Shown here one piece after another: positions 16,841 to 25,954 of a stretch of DNA of 32,000 bases. Every line of letters begins with the position of its first letter. Position 1 is the first letter of the stretch. The notes below the pieces were generated by a model. It worked only from the letters and a program-made list of their open reading frames with translations, did not search any database and was not told where the DNA came from. Origin of the DNA: Cereibacter sphaeroides 2.4.1. Lineage in GTDB: Bacteria > Pseudomonadota > Alphaproteobacteria > Rhodobacterales > Rhodobacteraceae. A program made the translations under genes and the position numbers. Where the stretch lies: positions 60,001 to 92,000 of the forward strand of contig NC_007490.2 of NCBI RefSeq assembly GCF_000012905.2, read 5' to 3'.

Positions 16841-18945
16841 TCCGCGCTCTCCTGTCGATCCTTCTCCTTCTCGCGGCCGCGGCCGCGGGCGCAGCCTCGG
16901 CCGAGGACCTGAACCCGACGGCGCGGGCAAAGGCCGCGGGCAATGCCGCAAAGATCGGCAGCGGCTCGAGCGTCTTCACGACCGGCAAGATCGAGGAGAC
17001 GGTGACGCCCTACGCCGGCACCGACCTGCCGGAGGCGTCGATCCCGGGCTCGAGCCTCGAAAGCCGCGGGCGCGAGGAGGCGATCTCGGGAGGCGAAAGC
17101 TCCAAGGTCTATCAGAAGATGCAAAGCAGCTCGCAGCTCCGGCCGACCTATGAGCTCGACGGCAGCTATGGCGGCCTCCAGGCTGCGGACGCTGCCATCA
17201 AGAACGCGGATTCCATCGCCGGGCAGTATTTCTCGGGGTCCGAGACGGAGAACCCGGCCTGCAACTTCACCGACTTCAGCGTCATGGAGAGCTTCGTCCG
17301 CTACTGCGACTCCCACACGGCCATGACCAGCAAGGATTGCACGATCACCCGCACGGTGGAGGTGGATCGGCGAGATTACTGGCAGTGCGACATCGCCAGA
17401 AGCGATCTGACCGTCACCTGCGTGCCGGACGCCACGGGAGAATGCCCGAAGGCTGACCTGCCTGAAGGTAACCCCAACAACCAGTGCACGTTCCTTCAGG
17501 AGCGCTGCGTGGAATGGAGCAGGAACGAGTGGACGGAGGGGCCATACAACGGCCGGGTCGACGGAAGGTATTACGGCTGGGAGAAGTCATCGGACGGAAG
17601 CCTCCGCCTTTTCTGGGACACATCCGGGCCACAGGAAAGGACGGCGAAGACAAACAGCACTCCGATCTCCATTGGAAACTGCGTCTACCACGCGGATTGG
17701 GGCAACAAGCAGAAGGTGGGCTCCATCTACCGCTATGCTGTCTATCGCATCTGCACGGGCGAAGGAGCTCAGTGCCTCAAGAAGGAGCGGGATTATCGCT
17801 GCATCAGCGGCAACCAGTGCAAGAGCCTCAAGGCCACGCCGGCCTGCAAGGTGGATCGCCAGAAGTGCATTACATCGGGGCCGAACGGATGCGAACTCCA
17901 ACGCTTCGACTATTCCTGCTTCAATGACCTGAAGAACCACAAGCCTGCACGGCTGGTAGAAACCAAGATCGAGCGGATCGAGGACAAGCTCACAAACTCC
18001 TGCAACCCGAGTCCGGCCGATCAGGGCTGCGCGGCACAGGACACGGTTTGCACCTCGGGACCGGAGATCCGCACCGTCATGGGCTTTCCGGTCTCGCGGG
18101 ACTGCTGGACCTACAAGCAGAGCTTCCAGTGCCTCGACGGCAAATCTCCGAATGCCACCGACTGCGGACCGTTCCTGAAGGATCCGAGCTGCAAGAAGGT
18201 GAGCCAGACCTGCCTCACCTTCGCTGAAGCGGACGAGGAAGTGGGGCCCACGCCGAAGACCTGCCAGCATTGGGAATATGGCTACAAGTGCGGGGGCGGG
18301 ATGAGCCTGCCCGACTCCTGCTCTGCCACCAACGTGTGCGTGGGCGATCTCTGCGAGGGCATTCCAGATGAGGTGAACAAGGACTTCCCGATGGCGGCCT
18401 CCTGGCTGAGCGTGCTCGATGAGGCCGCCAAGGACAGCGAAAAGTCGCTCGACATGCAGGACGTGAAGCTCTTCGGCGGCGTCAATCGCAAGTGCAAGGT
18501 CGGCGCCCTCGGCTACATGAACTGCTGCAAGGACTCCGGCTGGGCCAACGGGATCCTCGACTCCTGCTCGGAAAGCGAGCTGGCGCTGATCGACCGCATC
18601 CAGGCGAAGGCCGCCGTCTATATCGGCACCTATTGCTCGCGGAAGGTGCTCGGCGTCTGCGTCTCGAAGCGCCGGAGCTACTGCACCTTCAACAGCCAGC
18701 TCGCCATGGTCTTCCAGAAGGAGATCCACCACCTCACCGCCACGAGCTGGGGGTCGGCCAAGAAGCCGAACTGCAACGGGATCAAGCTCGACGAGATCGA
18801 GACGATCGATTGGGACAAGATCGATCTCTCGGAAGCCTTCGGCGACATGATGAACGGGGCCACCGTCCCGGCCTCGAAGGACGTCACGAAATACATGCGC
18901 GACCGGTTCGATGCCATGGCAGGCGCGGCGGCGGGAGGCCAGTGA
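16837..18945 (+). CDS. traN: Mating-pair stabilisation protein TraN
   Basis: 702 aa, signal peptide, very cysteine-rich. The C-terminal GYMNCCKDSGWANGILDSCSESELAL...YIGTYCSRKVLGVCVSKRRSYCTFNSQLA is the TraN signature. Confidence 0.9.
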   Translation: MIRALLSILLLLAAAAAGAASAEDLNPTARAKAAGNAAKIGSGSSVFTTGKIEETVTPYAGTDLPEASIPGSSLESRGREEAISGGESSKVYQKMQSSSQLRPTYELDGSYGGLQAADAAIKNADSIAGQYFSGSETENPACNFTDFSVMESFVRYCDSHTAMTSKDCTITRTVEVDRRDYWQCDIARSDLTVTCVPDATGECPKADLPEGNPNNQCTFLQERCVEWSRNEWTEGPYNGRVDGRYYGWEKSSDGSLRLFWDTSGPQERTAKTNSTPISIGNCVYHADWGNKQKVGSIYRYAVYRICTGEGAQCLKKERDYRCISGNQCKSLKATPACKVDRQKCITSGPNGCELQRFDYSCFNDLKNHKPARLVETKIERIEDKLTNSCNPSPADQGCAAQDTVCTSGPEIRTVMGFPVSRDCWTYKQSFQCLDGKSPNATDCGPFLKDPSCKKVSQTCLTFAEADEEVGPTPKTCQHWEYGYKCGGGMSLPDSCSATNVCVGDLCEGIPDEVNKDFPMAASWLSVLDEAAKDSEKSLDMQDVKLFGGVNRKCKVGALGYMNCCKDSGWANGILDSCSESELALIDRIQAKAAVYIGTYCSRKVLGVCVSKRRSYCTFNSQLAMVFQKEIHHLTATSWGSAKKPNCNGIKLDEIETIDWDKIDLSEAFGDMMNGATVPASKDVTKYMRDRFDAMAGAAAGGQ

Positions 18946-18946
18946 C

Positions 18947-19345
18947 ATGAACCGACGCACCCTGATCCTCGGGGCCGCGGCCGCGCTGGCACCCCTGCCT
19001 GCCGTCGCCGATCCCTCCGCACCCGTGGGACTCATCCTCGTCGGCGCGAGCTGGTGCCCGTTCTGCAAGGGCGCTGCCCAAGCGCTCCATGCCGCGGCCG
19101 GCCCGGCCGGGCTGCCGGTTCTGGTCGCGTCCCATGACGGCCGGCCGATCCCACCGTTCGAGGAGTTCGTGGACGCCCGCGGCCATCCGCTCGCGGCGGG
19201 CGTCCGGCAATGGCCGACGCTCCTCTTCGTCCATCTGCCCTCGCAGCGGGTCTTCGCCACCATCGAAGGCTTCCGCAACGCGCGGGCCTATCTCGGGCAG
19301 GTCCGGGCCACCCTCACTGCAGCACGGGAGGCGGGCTATGCGTAA
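18947..19345 (+). CDS. Thioredoxin-fold protein with WCPFC active site (TrbB-like thiol:disulfide oxidoreductase)
   Basis: ATG lies 2 nt after the traN stop. The N-terminus MNRRTLILGAAAALAPLPAVA looks like a twin-arginine signal. VGASWCPFC is a CxxC thioredoxin motif. It sits between traN and traF. Confidence 0.7.
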   Translation: MNRRTLILGAAAALAPLPAVADPSAPVGLILVGASWCPFCKGAAQALHAAAGPAGLPVLVASHDGRPIPPFEEFVDARGHPLAAGVRQWPTLLFVHLPSQRVFATIEGFRNARAYLGQVRATLTAAREAGYA

Positions 19346-20171
19346 GAGCGTGTTCGCGGCCCTCATCGGCGCGTCTCTCGGCGGCTCGGCCGCGCTGGCG
19401 AACGGCGGCGCGGGCTCGGCCTACGGCTACTGCCGCGACGAAATCACGACCGGCTGGAATTTCTACTGCGACCCCACGCGCGCGAAGAAGGAAGAGAAGC
19501 CGAAGCTGCCAGCCGCGGCCGCACCTGCGGCGCAGGCTCCCGCCGCACCGGCCGAGAAGAGCTACACCCAGAAGATCGAGGAATATCGCAAGGAGCTGGA
19601 TGAGCTGAAGTATCGCGCCGTGCTCGAGCCGTCGCCGGAGAATGTGCAGGCCTACATGGAGGCTCAGCAAAAGATGAGCCGGATGGCCGCGAGCTTCACC
19701 GACCAGTGGCAGAGGATCCTCTTCCGCACGCCCTCGCTCGACATCAACACCCGCTTCCCGATGACCCAGATGGGCGGCTCGGTCTATCAGGACCAGATGC
19801 GCGTGGCGCGCGAGGCCTCGTTGAAGGACGCGGCGGCAAATCTCGGCTTCATGGTGATCGTGGAGGATGCTGCGATCTGCGGCCTCTGCACGCCGCAGCT
19901 CGAAGTCATCCGCAGGATGCAGGAGCAATATGGGATCGAGCCCATCGTCGTGACGGTGGACGGCTCGTTCCATCCCCTCTTCCCGAACGCCGTGGTGGAT
20001 ACGGGCCAGCTCAAGGCGCTGAAGCTCGCGGACAGCCCGCGCCCGACCATCGCTCTGGTCGAACCTCGCACCGGCACGGTCGAGCCGATCGGCTCGGGGC
20101 TTCTCACCGAGGACACGATCCTCGAGCGCGTCCATGTCGTGACGCAGATCCCCGCCGGCCAAAGATACTGA
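19338..20171 (+). CDS. traF: Type-F pilus assembly protein TraF (thioredoxin-like)
   Basis: Signal peptide, GWNFYCDP, a coiled middle (YRKELDELKYRAVLEPSPENVQAYMEAQ), and a C-terminal thioredoxin-like domain that here carries CGLC. Confidence 0.85.
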   Translation: MRKSVFAALIGASLGGSAALANGGAGSAYGYCRDEITTGWNFYCDPTRAKKEEKPKLPAAAAPAAQAPAAPAEKSYTQKIEEYRKELDELKYRAVLEPSPENVQAYMEAQQKMSRMAASFTDQWQRILFRTPSLDINTRFPMTQMGGSVYQDQMRVAREASLKDAAANLGFMVIVEDAAICGLCTPQLEVIRRMQEQYGIEPIVVTVDGSFHPLFPNAVVDTGQLKALKLADSPRPTIALVEPRTGTVEPIGSGLLTEDTILERVHVVTQIPAGQRY

Positions 20172-20178
20172 GGCAGTC

Positions 20179-20424
20179 ATGTCCCATGCTTTTCATCCGC
20201 AAACCTCGGGCGGCCTCTCGGCCCGGCGCAGGCGTCAACGGTGTCTGGACCTCTTCCGTCTCTCGTTGGCGGCCCTAGCGCTCCACCTCGTCATCATCGG
20301 CGCCGTCTATGCGGGGATCCTCGGCCCGGAGCCCAACTGGACGCCCTTTCTCGTCACCATGACTGTCTTCGGCGCCTCGGCCCTCTGGGGCCTGATCGGC
20401 CTCGCCCTCTCTTCCAGATCGTAA
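20179..20424 (+). CDS. Hypothetical small membrane protein (orf81) between traF and traH
   Basis: Arg-rich N-terminus, then two hydrophobic helices (LSLAALALHLVIIGAVYAGIL and FLVTMTVFGASALWGLIGLAL). GAGG lies 5 nt before the ATG. Confidence 0.5.
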   Translation: MSHAFHPQTSGGLSARRRRQRCLDLFRLSLAALALHLVIIGAVYAGILGPEPNWTPFLVTMTVFGASALWGLIGLALSSRS

Positions 20425-20434
20425 GGAGTAGCCC

Positions 20435-21832
20435 GTGCAACTGTTGAAATGGATCTCGAGCGGGATCCTCGCCGGCGCGCTCAGCTGCGCCACCGCGGGA
20501 TCAGCCATTCCGGCCGGCCTTGGCGACGACCTGAAGGATTTCTGGGAGCGGACCGGCGGCGGCGTGAACGTGACGCGGCCGCAAGCCTATCAGGGGCAGA
20601 TGGGGGGCTATGTCACCCTCGGCTCGCTCTACATGCGCACCAAGCCGCGCAACAGCTCCATGCTGCAGTTCCAGCTCCCCTCGGTGCGGGCCGGCTGCGG
20701 CGGCATCGACATTTTCGGGGGCTCCTTCTCGTTCATCAGCAAGGAGGAAATGATCTACCTCATGGAGGGGATCATGCAGAACGCCTCCAGCTTCGCCTTC
20801 GAGCTGGCCCTCGAGAGCCTGTCGCCGGCCGTGGCCGAACAGGTCGCCAAGCTGCGCGACCTGCTGCAGGAGGTGAACGCCATGAACATCAACTCCTGCG
20901 AGGCGGGGCAGATGCTCGTGGGCTCCCTCTGGCCGAAAATGGACGGCGCGTCTCAGCACATCTGCCAGACGGTCGGCGGCATGAACGGCACGTTCGCCGA
21001 CGCCGTGTCCCGCCGGCACGGCTGCGGGACCGAGGGCAAGCAGAACCAGACGCTCCGCGGTGCTAAGGGCGCGCTCGCCGATCAGGTCCCGGTCGACATC
21101 AACTACGCCTGGCGCGCGGTAAAGAAGAACGGCTTCCTCGCCTCGAACCCGACCATCGGCGAGCTCTTCATGTCGATGACCGGCACGATCATCACGACCG
21201 GGGCCGCGAACGACAATGAGGGGCCGAAGCACCGGACCATCGCTCCCCGCGCCTTCACTCCGGAAATGCTGGTGGCTCTGGTCGATGGCGGCACGATCCC
21301 GATCCTGAAATGCAACGATACCAACAAGTGCCTGAACCCGACGTGGAAGGACGTGACCCTCGCGCGCGATGACGCCTATTTCGCGCGGGTCCGGAAGGTG
21401 GTGAAGGCCCTCTCTGACGCGATCCGCGACGATACCGAGCTGACCGAGGAAATGATCGGCATCATCGGCCTCACCTCGGCGCCGGTCTACGAGACGCTGA
21501 AGACGGCCCGGGCCTACAAGTATCAGTTCGTGGACGACGAGATCGCGCTCCTGTCCGAGCTCGTCGCGGTCGAGCTCGCCATGCTCTACATGAACGAGAC
21601 CCTGACCGAAATGGGCCGCTCGGCCTCGAACGTCGACACGTTCGGCGACATTGTCCGCGAGTTCCAGGAGACCATCCGCAACACCCAGAACGGCTTCGGC
21701 ACGCTGCGCCGCGAGGCCGCCGAAAAGTATGCAGACGCGCTTTCGGCCATCGAGAAGCTGCAGCTTCACAAGGCCATGCTCACGGCCGGCAGCTCCACGA
21801 AGTTCGCTTCGATGATGGGACAGGGGCGCTAA
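20435..21832 (+). CDS. traH: Type-F conjugative transfer protein TraH
   Basis: GTG follows AAGGAG. Signal peptide, then AYQGQMGGYVTLGSLYMRT...LPSVRAGCGGIDIFGGSFSFI, the TraH signature. Confidence 0.9.
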   Translation: MQLLKWISSGILAGALSCATAGSAIPAGLGDDLKDFWERTGGGVNVTRPQAYQGQMGGYVTLGSLYMRTKPRNSSMLQFQLPSVRAGCGGIDIFGGSFSFISKEEMIYLMEGIMQNASSFAFELALESLSPAVAEQVAKLRDLLQEVNAMNINSCEAGQMLVGSLWPKMDGASQHICQTVGGMNGTFADAVSRRHGCGTEGKQNQTLRGAKGALADQVPVDINYAWRAVKKNGFLASNPTIGELFMSMTGTIITTGAANDNEGPKHRTIAPRAFTPEMLVALVDGGTIPILKCNDTNKCLNPTWKDVTLARDDAYFARVRKVVKALSDAIRDDTELTEEMIGIIGLTSAPVYETLKTARAYKYQFVDDEIALLSELVAVELAMLYMNETLTEMGRSASNVDTFGDIVREFQETIRNTQNGFGTLRREAAEKYADALSAIEKLQLHKAMLTAGSSTKFASMMGQGR

Positions 21833-21835
21833 TCC

Positions 21836-24800
21836 ATGCAGTGGGAAATCTACACGACCGGCGGCGCCTTCTATCTCTATGACGTGTTCCAGATGCTCGG
21901 GGCCTACACCTCCTCGGGCAACTTCAAGAACCTCCTCGCCATCGGGACGATCATCGGCATCGGCTGGGCGTCGCTGCAGCTGGCCTTCGGCGGCAGCCTC
22001 GGCTCCGCCATGAAATATGTGCTGACCATGATGCTCGTCATGATGTTCACCCTCGGCCCGAAATCCTCGGTGGTCATCATCGACAAGACCAGCGGAACGG
22101 TGCCCATCTACGGGGTCGTGGACAATGTGCCGACGCCGGTGGCGATGCTCGGGCACTACACCTCGGCCGTGAGCTACTACCTGACCGGGCAGATGGAAAC
22201 GCTCATGTCCACGCCCACGAACCTCACCTACCAGAAGAACGGGATCCTCTTCGGCGCCACCCTCCTGTCGCAGGCCGCGAACTGGCGGGCGGTCACGCCA
22301 AAGATCCACGAGAACCTGGTCAACTATATGCAGAACTGCGTTCTCGACGCGGCAGCGCTCGGACACATGGAGCTCGAAATGGTGGCCACGACCGGCAACC
22401 TCGAGAGCTACATCGCCTCGAACATGCCGGCCTCGATGGCCTATTACGACGTGGTGAAGGGCGCGACGCGCAAATGCTCCGAGGGCTGGGCGAACGTCCG
22501 GGCCGCCGTGACCACCGACGTGAACAAGGTGTTCGCGCGCAAGGCGGCCGGGATCTTCCAGGGCGTCAATTCCTCGGGCGCAGCCAACGTGAACCGGCTG
22601 AAGGGCACGCTGAGCGACTTCCAGCAGCTCATGGCCATGTCCTCGGCCTCGTCCGTGCAAACCGTGAAGCAGGCCATGTATGTCACGGCCATGGACGACG
22701 GGATGAAGCGCTTCATCGCCAACTCGGGCAACTCGGCTGCGATGGAGATCTATCAGGCGACCCGCGCCGAGATCCAGACGCGCTCGAGCTATGCCGCCAT
22801 CGGCGCCAGCGCCGCCAAATGGGTGCCGCTCCTGAAGATCGTCTTCGAGACGCTCTATTACGCCGCCTTCCCGATGGCCGTCCTCATGATGATGACCCCG
22901 CTCGCCATGACCGTGCTCAAGGGCTATGCCGGCGGCTTCGTCTGGATCGCGGCTTGGGAGCCCTTGAGCGCGATCCTGCATTCGGTCGTCATCAAGGCCT
23001 CCACCGGCTTCTACCGCGAGGCGGGGGCGGTCACCTCGGACGGATCGGTGAGCGACGTGGTGCTTTCATGGGCGAACCACTTCGGGATCCGGGCAGTCGA
23101 GCAGGATGTGGGCAGCGTCGCGGGCTACCTCATGATGTCGGTGCCGTTCCTCGCGACGGCCATCCTGTTCGGCGCCAACCGCATGGTGGGCATGGCGACC
23201 TCGATGCTGAACGTGGGGCAGGGGGCCGCAATCGAGTCCGGGCGCGAGGCCGCAACCGGCGCGATCAGCCTCGGCAACATGTCCATGAACAACTACGCGG
23301 CCAACAAGATGAACCTCTCGAGCATGTGGGACGTCGGCCGGGACAGCATGGTGGGAGACAACGGCGCGGTCATCACGCAGAACGCGGACGGGCGCTACAA
23401 CTGGGCCGCCGGCACCGCCGTCTCCTCCGGCGCCATGACCTCGCAGTTCGGAGAAGCCGTCCGGTCCGAAGTCAGCCGCCGCGCCGAAAGCTCGCGCACC
23501 GCCGCCTCAAGCGCGGCTTCCGAGCTCTCGGACTACATCAGCCAGGGGGCATCCGAGATCAACAGCTTCGGGCAGAGCTTCACCAGCGGGAAGATGGCAA
23601 ACAAGGGATATGCCACTGATTCACAAGCGACAGAGACAACAAGGGTCGCGGAGTCGTTCAAGCGAGTTGAGGACTTTGCGCGCGATCATGGCATCTCGAC
23701 CGACGTCGCAATAGGCGCCGGCATCGCCGCTCACCTTCAAGCGAAGGCGGGAGGAGCACTAGGATCAGCTATCTCTAGCTTGACCGGTCTGGAGGCCGGT
23801 GCAAGCGCCTCTCTGTCGGGCAATCTGGGAGCCAAATCCGACGAACGGTTCAGTGAAATCGTTAAGGCTGCCACAAGTGCTGGCATTGACAAAGACGTGA
23901 GCACAATCAACTCGGCGCGCTACTCGGCCAGCTCCTCTGACACGCATGGCCGCCAGACCACGGCGGGAGAGGACCGGCGCTTCAGCTTGGACGAAGGTGA
24001 ACGCCTGGCGGAAAGTTACATTTCGAGACTGGAGGAGGCCAAATCTTATTCGGAAGCGGAGAGCCGGTTGAAGTCTGGTGGCACCTCTCTCGACATGAAC
24101 CTCAATCAGATGATCGGCAACGAACTGGTCCGCGGTGGCCACAACCCGCTCGAAGTAAGCGACTTCTTCAATCCGAAAACAGGCGCGGCCATGGGAGAAG
24201 GCAAGCAGATCGTCGGCCGCGTGGTGGACGACCTCGTAAACGGTCTGGTCGGGCCCGGGCCCCAAGATCGCACACAAGACTACGAGGTGCAGGTCGATCA
24301 GAGCGCCTTCCGCAAGGATCTGCCCCGCGAAGCTACTCTTGATGCAGGCACGCCAAATGCGCGATCAATTTCGCTCGATGCTCAGCGCAGCTCTGTCGAT
24401 GGAGCGATTGGCCAAGCTGAAAGCGATGCGCAAGGCGACCATCTCAACCTTACCCGCTACCATGGTGACAAGGTGAGGGAGGAAAATCCGCTGCTCGAAT
24501 CCAACCGGTCTGCTCTGGCCAGTGGCGCTGAGCAGACGATTGGGGAGGCCGGCTACAAGCGCGTGTTTGGTTGGCTGAACGTTGGCGCCGCCGAGGCGGC
24601 AGAGCTGCAGCAGGCACATCCTGCCGCTTGGACGTCGCCAGGCGCGGCTTTGGATTACTACAGTCAGAACCCGGAAAAATTCATGGAGGTGCTCGGCCGC
24701 CCTTTCGTTGATGGCGACGACTTGCCCTCGTCGCCGGATAACCAGAATGCGGCCCTGTATCCCTCGCCGATGCTGCCGAGAGCATACTCAGCGCAGGAGC

Positions 24801-25246
24801 GGGACGTCATGGTGCGCACCATCCTCGGCGAGGCCGCCGATCAGGGCAATGTCGGCATGGCGGCAGTTGCGCTAGTAATCCGCAACCGTGCGGAAGACGT
24901 CAGGTTTCCCGACAACGTGGCAGACGTCAGCCTGCAGCCACGCCAGTTCTCTGCCTGGAACGCGGACGGATCAGGGAACGCTCTCGTCGCCAAATACAAC
25001 CCCGGCGAGGCGGCTTATGAGCGCGCCGCCTACGTTGCCGATCTCGTGATGGCCGGGCTGGTTCCCGACTTTACTGAAGGCGCCACGCACTACTACTCAC
25101 CGGCCGGAATGAACCATCTGGTGGAAAGCGGCTACCAGAAAAACCTCATCCCGTCCTGGCTCGCCCGTGAGACGGAAGCTCGTGATGCTCCGCCGATACG
25201 CATCGGCGGGCACATTTTCACAGGCTCGGTTCGGATTGACAGATGA
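21836..25246 (+). CDS. traG: TraG (F-type mating-pair stabilisation protein, TraG_N domain) fused to a C-terminal SleB/Hydrolase_2 cell-wall hydrolase domain
   Basis: The N-terminal polytopic region, about 470 aa, is typical of TraG_N. A long Ser/Ala-rich middle follows. The last 149 aa (from nt 24797) read ERDVMVRTILGEAADQGNVGMAAVALVIRNRAEDVRFPDNVADVSLQPRQFSAWN...GATHYYSP, the Hydrolase_2 (SleB-like) signature. Confidence 0.9.
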   Translation: MQWEIYTTGGAFYLYDVFQMLGAYTSSGNFKNLLAIGTIIGIGWASLQLAFGGSLGSAMKYVLTMMLVMMFTLGPKSSVVIIDKTSGTVPIYGVVDNVPTPVAMLGHYTSAVSYYLTGQMETLMSTPTNLTYQKNGILFGATLLSQAANWRAVTPKIHENLVNYMQNCVLDAAALGHMELEMVATTGNLESYIASNMPASMAYYDVVKGATRKCSEGWANVRAAVTTDVNKVFARKAAGIFQGVNSSGAANVNRLKGTLSDFQQLMAMSSASSVQTVKQAMYVTAMDDGMKRFIANSGNSAAMEIYQATRAEIQTRSSYAAIGASAAKWVPLLKIVFETLYYAAFPMAVLMMMTPLAMTVLKGYAGGFVWIAAWEPLSAILHSVVIKASTGFYREAGAVTSDGSVSDVVLSWANHFGIRAVEQDVGSVAGYLMMSVPFLATAILFGANRMVGMATSMLNVGQGAAIESGREAATGAISLGNMSMNNYAANKMNLSSMWDVGRDSMVGDNGAVITQNADGRYNWAAGTAVSSGAMTSQFGEAVRSEVSRRAESSRTAASSAASELSDYISQGASEINSFGQSFTSGKMANKGYATDSQATETTRVAESFKRVEDFARDHGISTDVAIGAGIAAHLQAKAGGALGSAISSLTGLEAGASASLSGNLGAKSDERFSEIVKAATSAGIDKDVSTINSARYSASSSDTHGRQTTAGEDRRFSLDEGERLAESYISRLEEAKSYSEAESRLKSGGTSLDMNLNQMIGNELVRGGHNPLEVSDFFNPKTGAAMGEGKQIVGRVVDDLVNGLVGPGPQDRTQDYEVQVDQSAFRKDLPREATLDAGTPNARSISLDAQRSSVDGAIGQAESDAQGDHLNLTRYHGDKVREENPLLESNRSALASGAEQTIGEAGYKRVFGWLNVGAAEAAELQQAHPAAWTSPGAALDYYSQNPEKFMEVLGRPFVDGDDLPSSPDNQNAALYPSPMLPRAYSAQERDVMVRTILGEAADQGNVGMAAVALVIRNRAEDVRFPDNVADVSLQPRQFSAWNADGSGNALVAKYNPGEAAYERAAYVADLVMAGLVPDFTEGATHYYSPAGMNHLVESGYQKNLIPSWLARETEARDAPPIRIGGHIFTGSVRIDR

Positions 25247-25253
25247 TGGGCAA

Positions 25254-25649
25254 TCAATGCCAACCCAACAAGGCTCGGTGAGCATGATACTCCGGCGTGC
25301 CCAGTACGAACTCGCGCGCGGCGAAGCTATGCGGCTCCACATCCACCGGAGCCAACGGCGAAGGACTATCCACCAACAACAGATTGAGCTGAGCCGGTCC
25401 CGCACCGCTTCTAGTGCCGTATCGTGGCACCAGTGCAACTACCCCCAGAAAGGCACCAAAAAATGTCGTCGCAGCGCTCATGAACCAGACGCCGGCTGAT
25501 AGATAGTAGAGGCCCGCTGCGCCGAGAATCCACTCGAACACAACCCTCAAGATGCGAGACATCGACCATGCCTTGTGCTTCGGCATCTGAGCGCCGCAAG
25601 AGACGCCGGGTAGCTTGGGCAAACTTGCCTGTCTCGGGGGTAGGGTCAT
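25254..25649 (-). CDS. Hypothetical two-TM membrane protein, convergent with traG (orf131)
   Basis: ATG 25649 follows AGGA. Two hydrophobic helices (ILGAAGLYYLSAGVWFMSAA and FFGAFLGVVALV). Its stop lies 7 nt from the traG stop. ATG 25586 or 25562 are alternative starts. Confidence 0.5.
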   Translation of the reverse strand: MTLPPRQASLPKLPGVSCGAQMPKHKAWSMSRILRVVFEWILGAAGLYYLSAGVWFMSAATTFFGAFLGVVALVPRYGTRSGAGPAQLNLLLVDSPSPLAPVDVEPHSFAAREFVLGTPEYHAHRALLGWH

Positions 25650-25954
25650 AACGACATCCTAGATACAACAAACGCCCGCCGAAGAGGTTCGAGCAGCTCA
25701 TTCACCTTGAGGATAGCGCAAGATTTGAACAACGCAAGGCTGAAGAACAAAGTACGACCAAGGCGAACTAACGCAGTAAGCCACTAAAAAGAGCTAAGAG
25801 ATGGTAAACCTTCTCTTGTGTCGAGTCCCACTGCACATGCCCAGCCTCATCCATATAAAGCTCTATTTTTCTTGACATGCGCAAGGTCCGAGCCCTCCAC
25901 TGATACGGCGAAAGGCCGAGAGTTCCAGGCTTTTGACAGCGGCTATGTGGAGAG

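Noticed and set aside
17587-19278. 563-aa minus-strand ORF antisense to traN and the trbB-like gene
   Set aside because: Shadow ORF. The plus-strand products carry unmistakable TraN and thioredoxin motifs.
20501-22981. 826-aa minus-strand ORF antisense to traH and traG
   Set aside because: Same reasoning as above. It spans two real plus-strand genes, has an extreme Arg/Gly/His composition, and has no start context.
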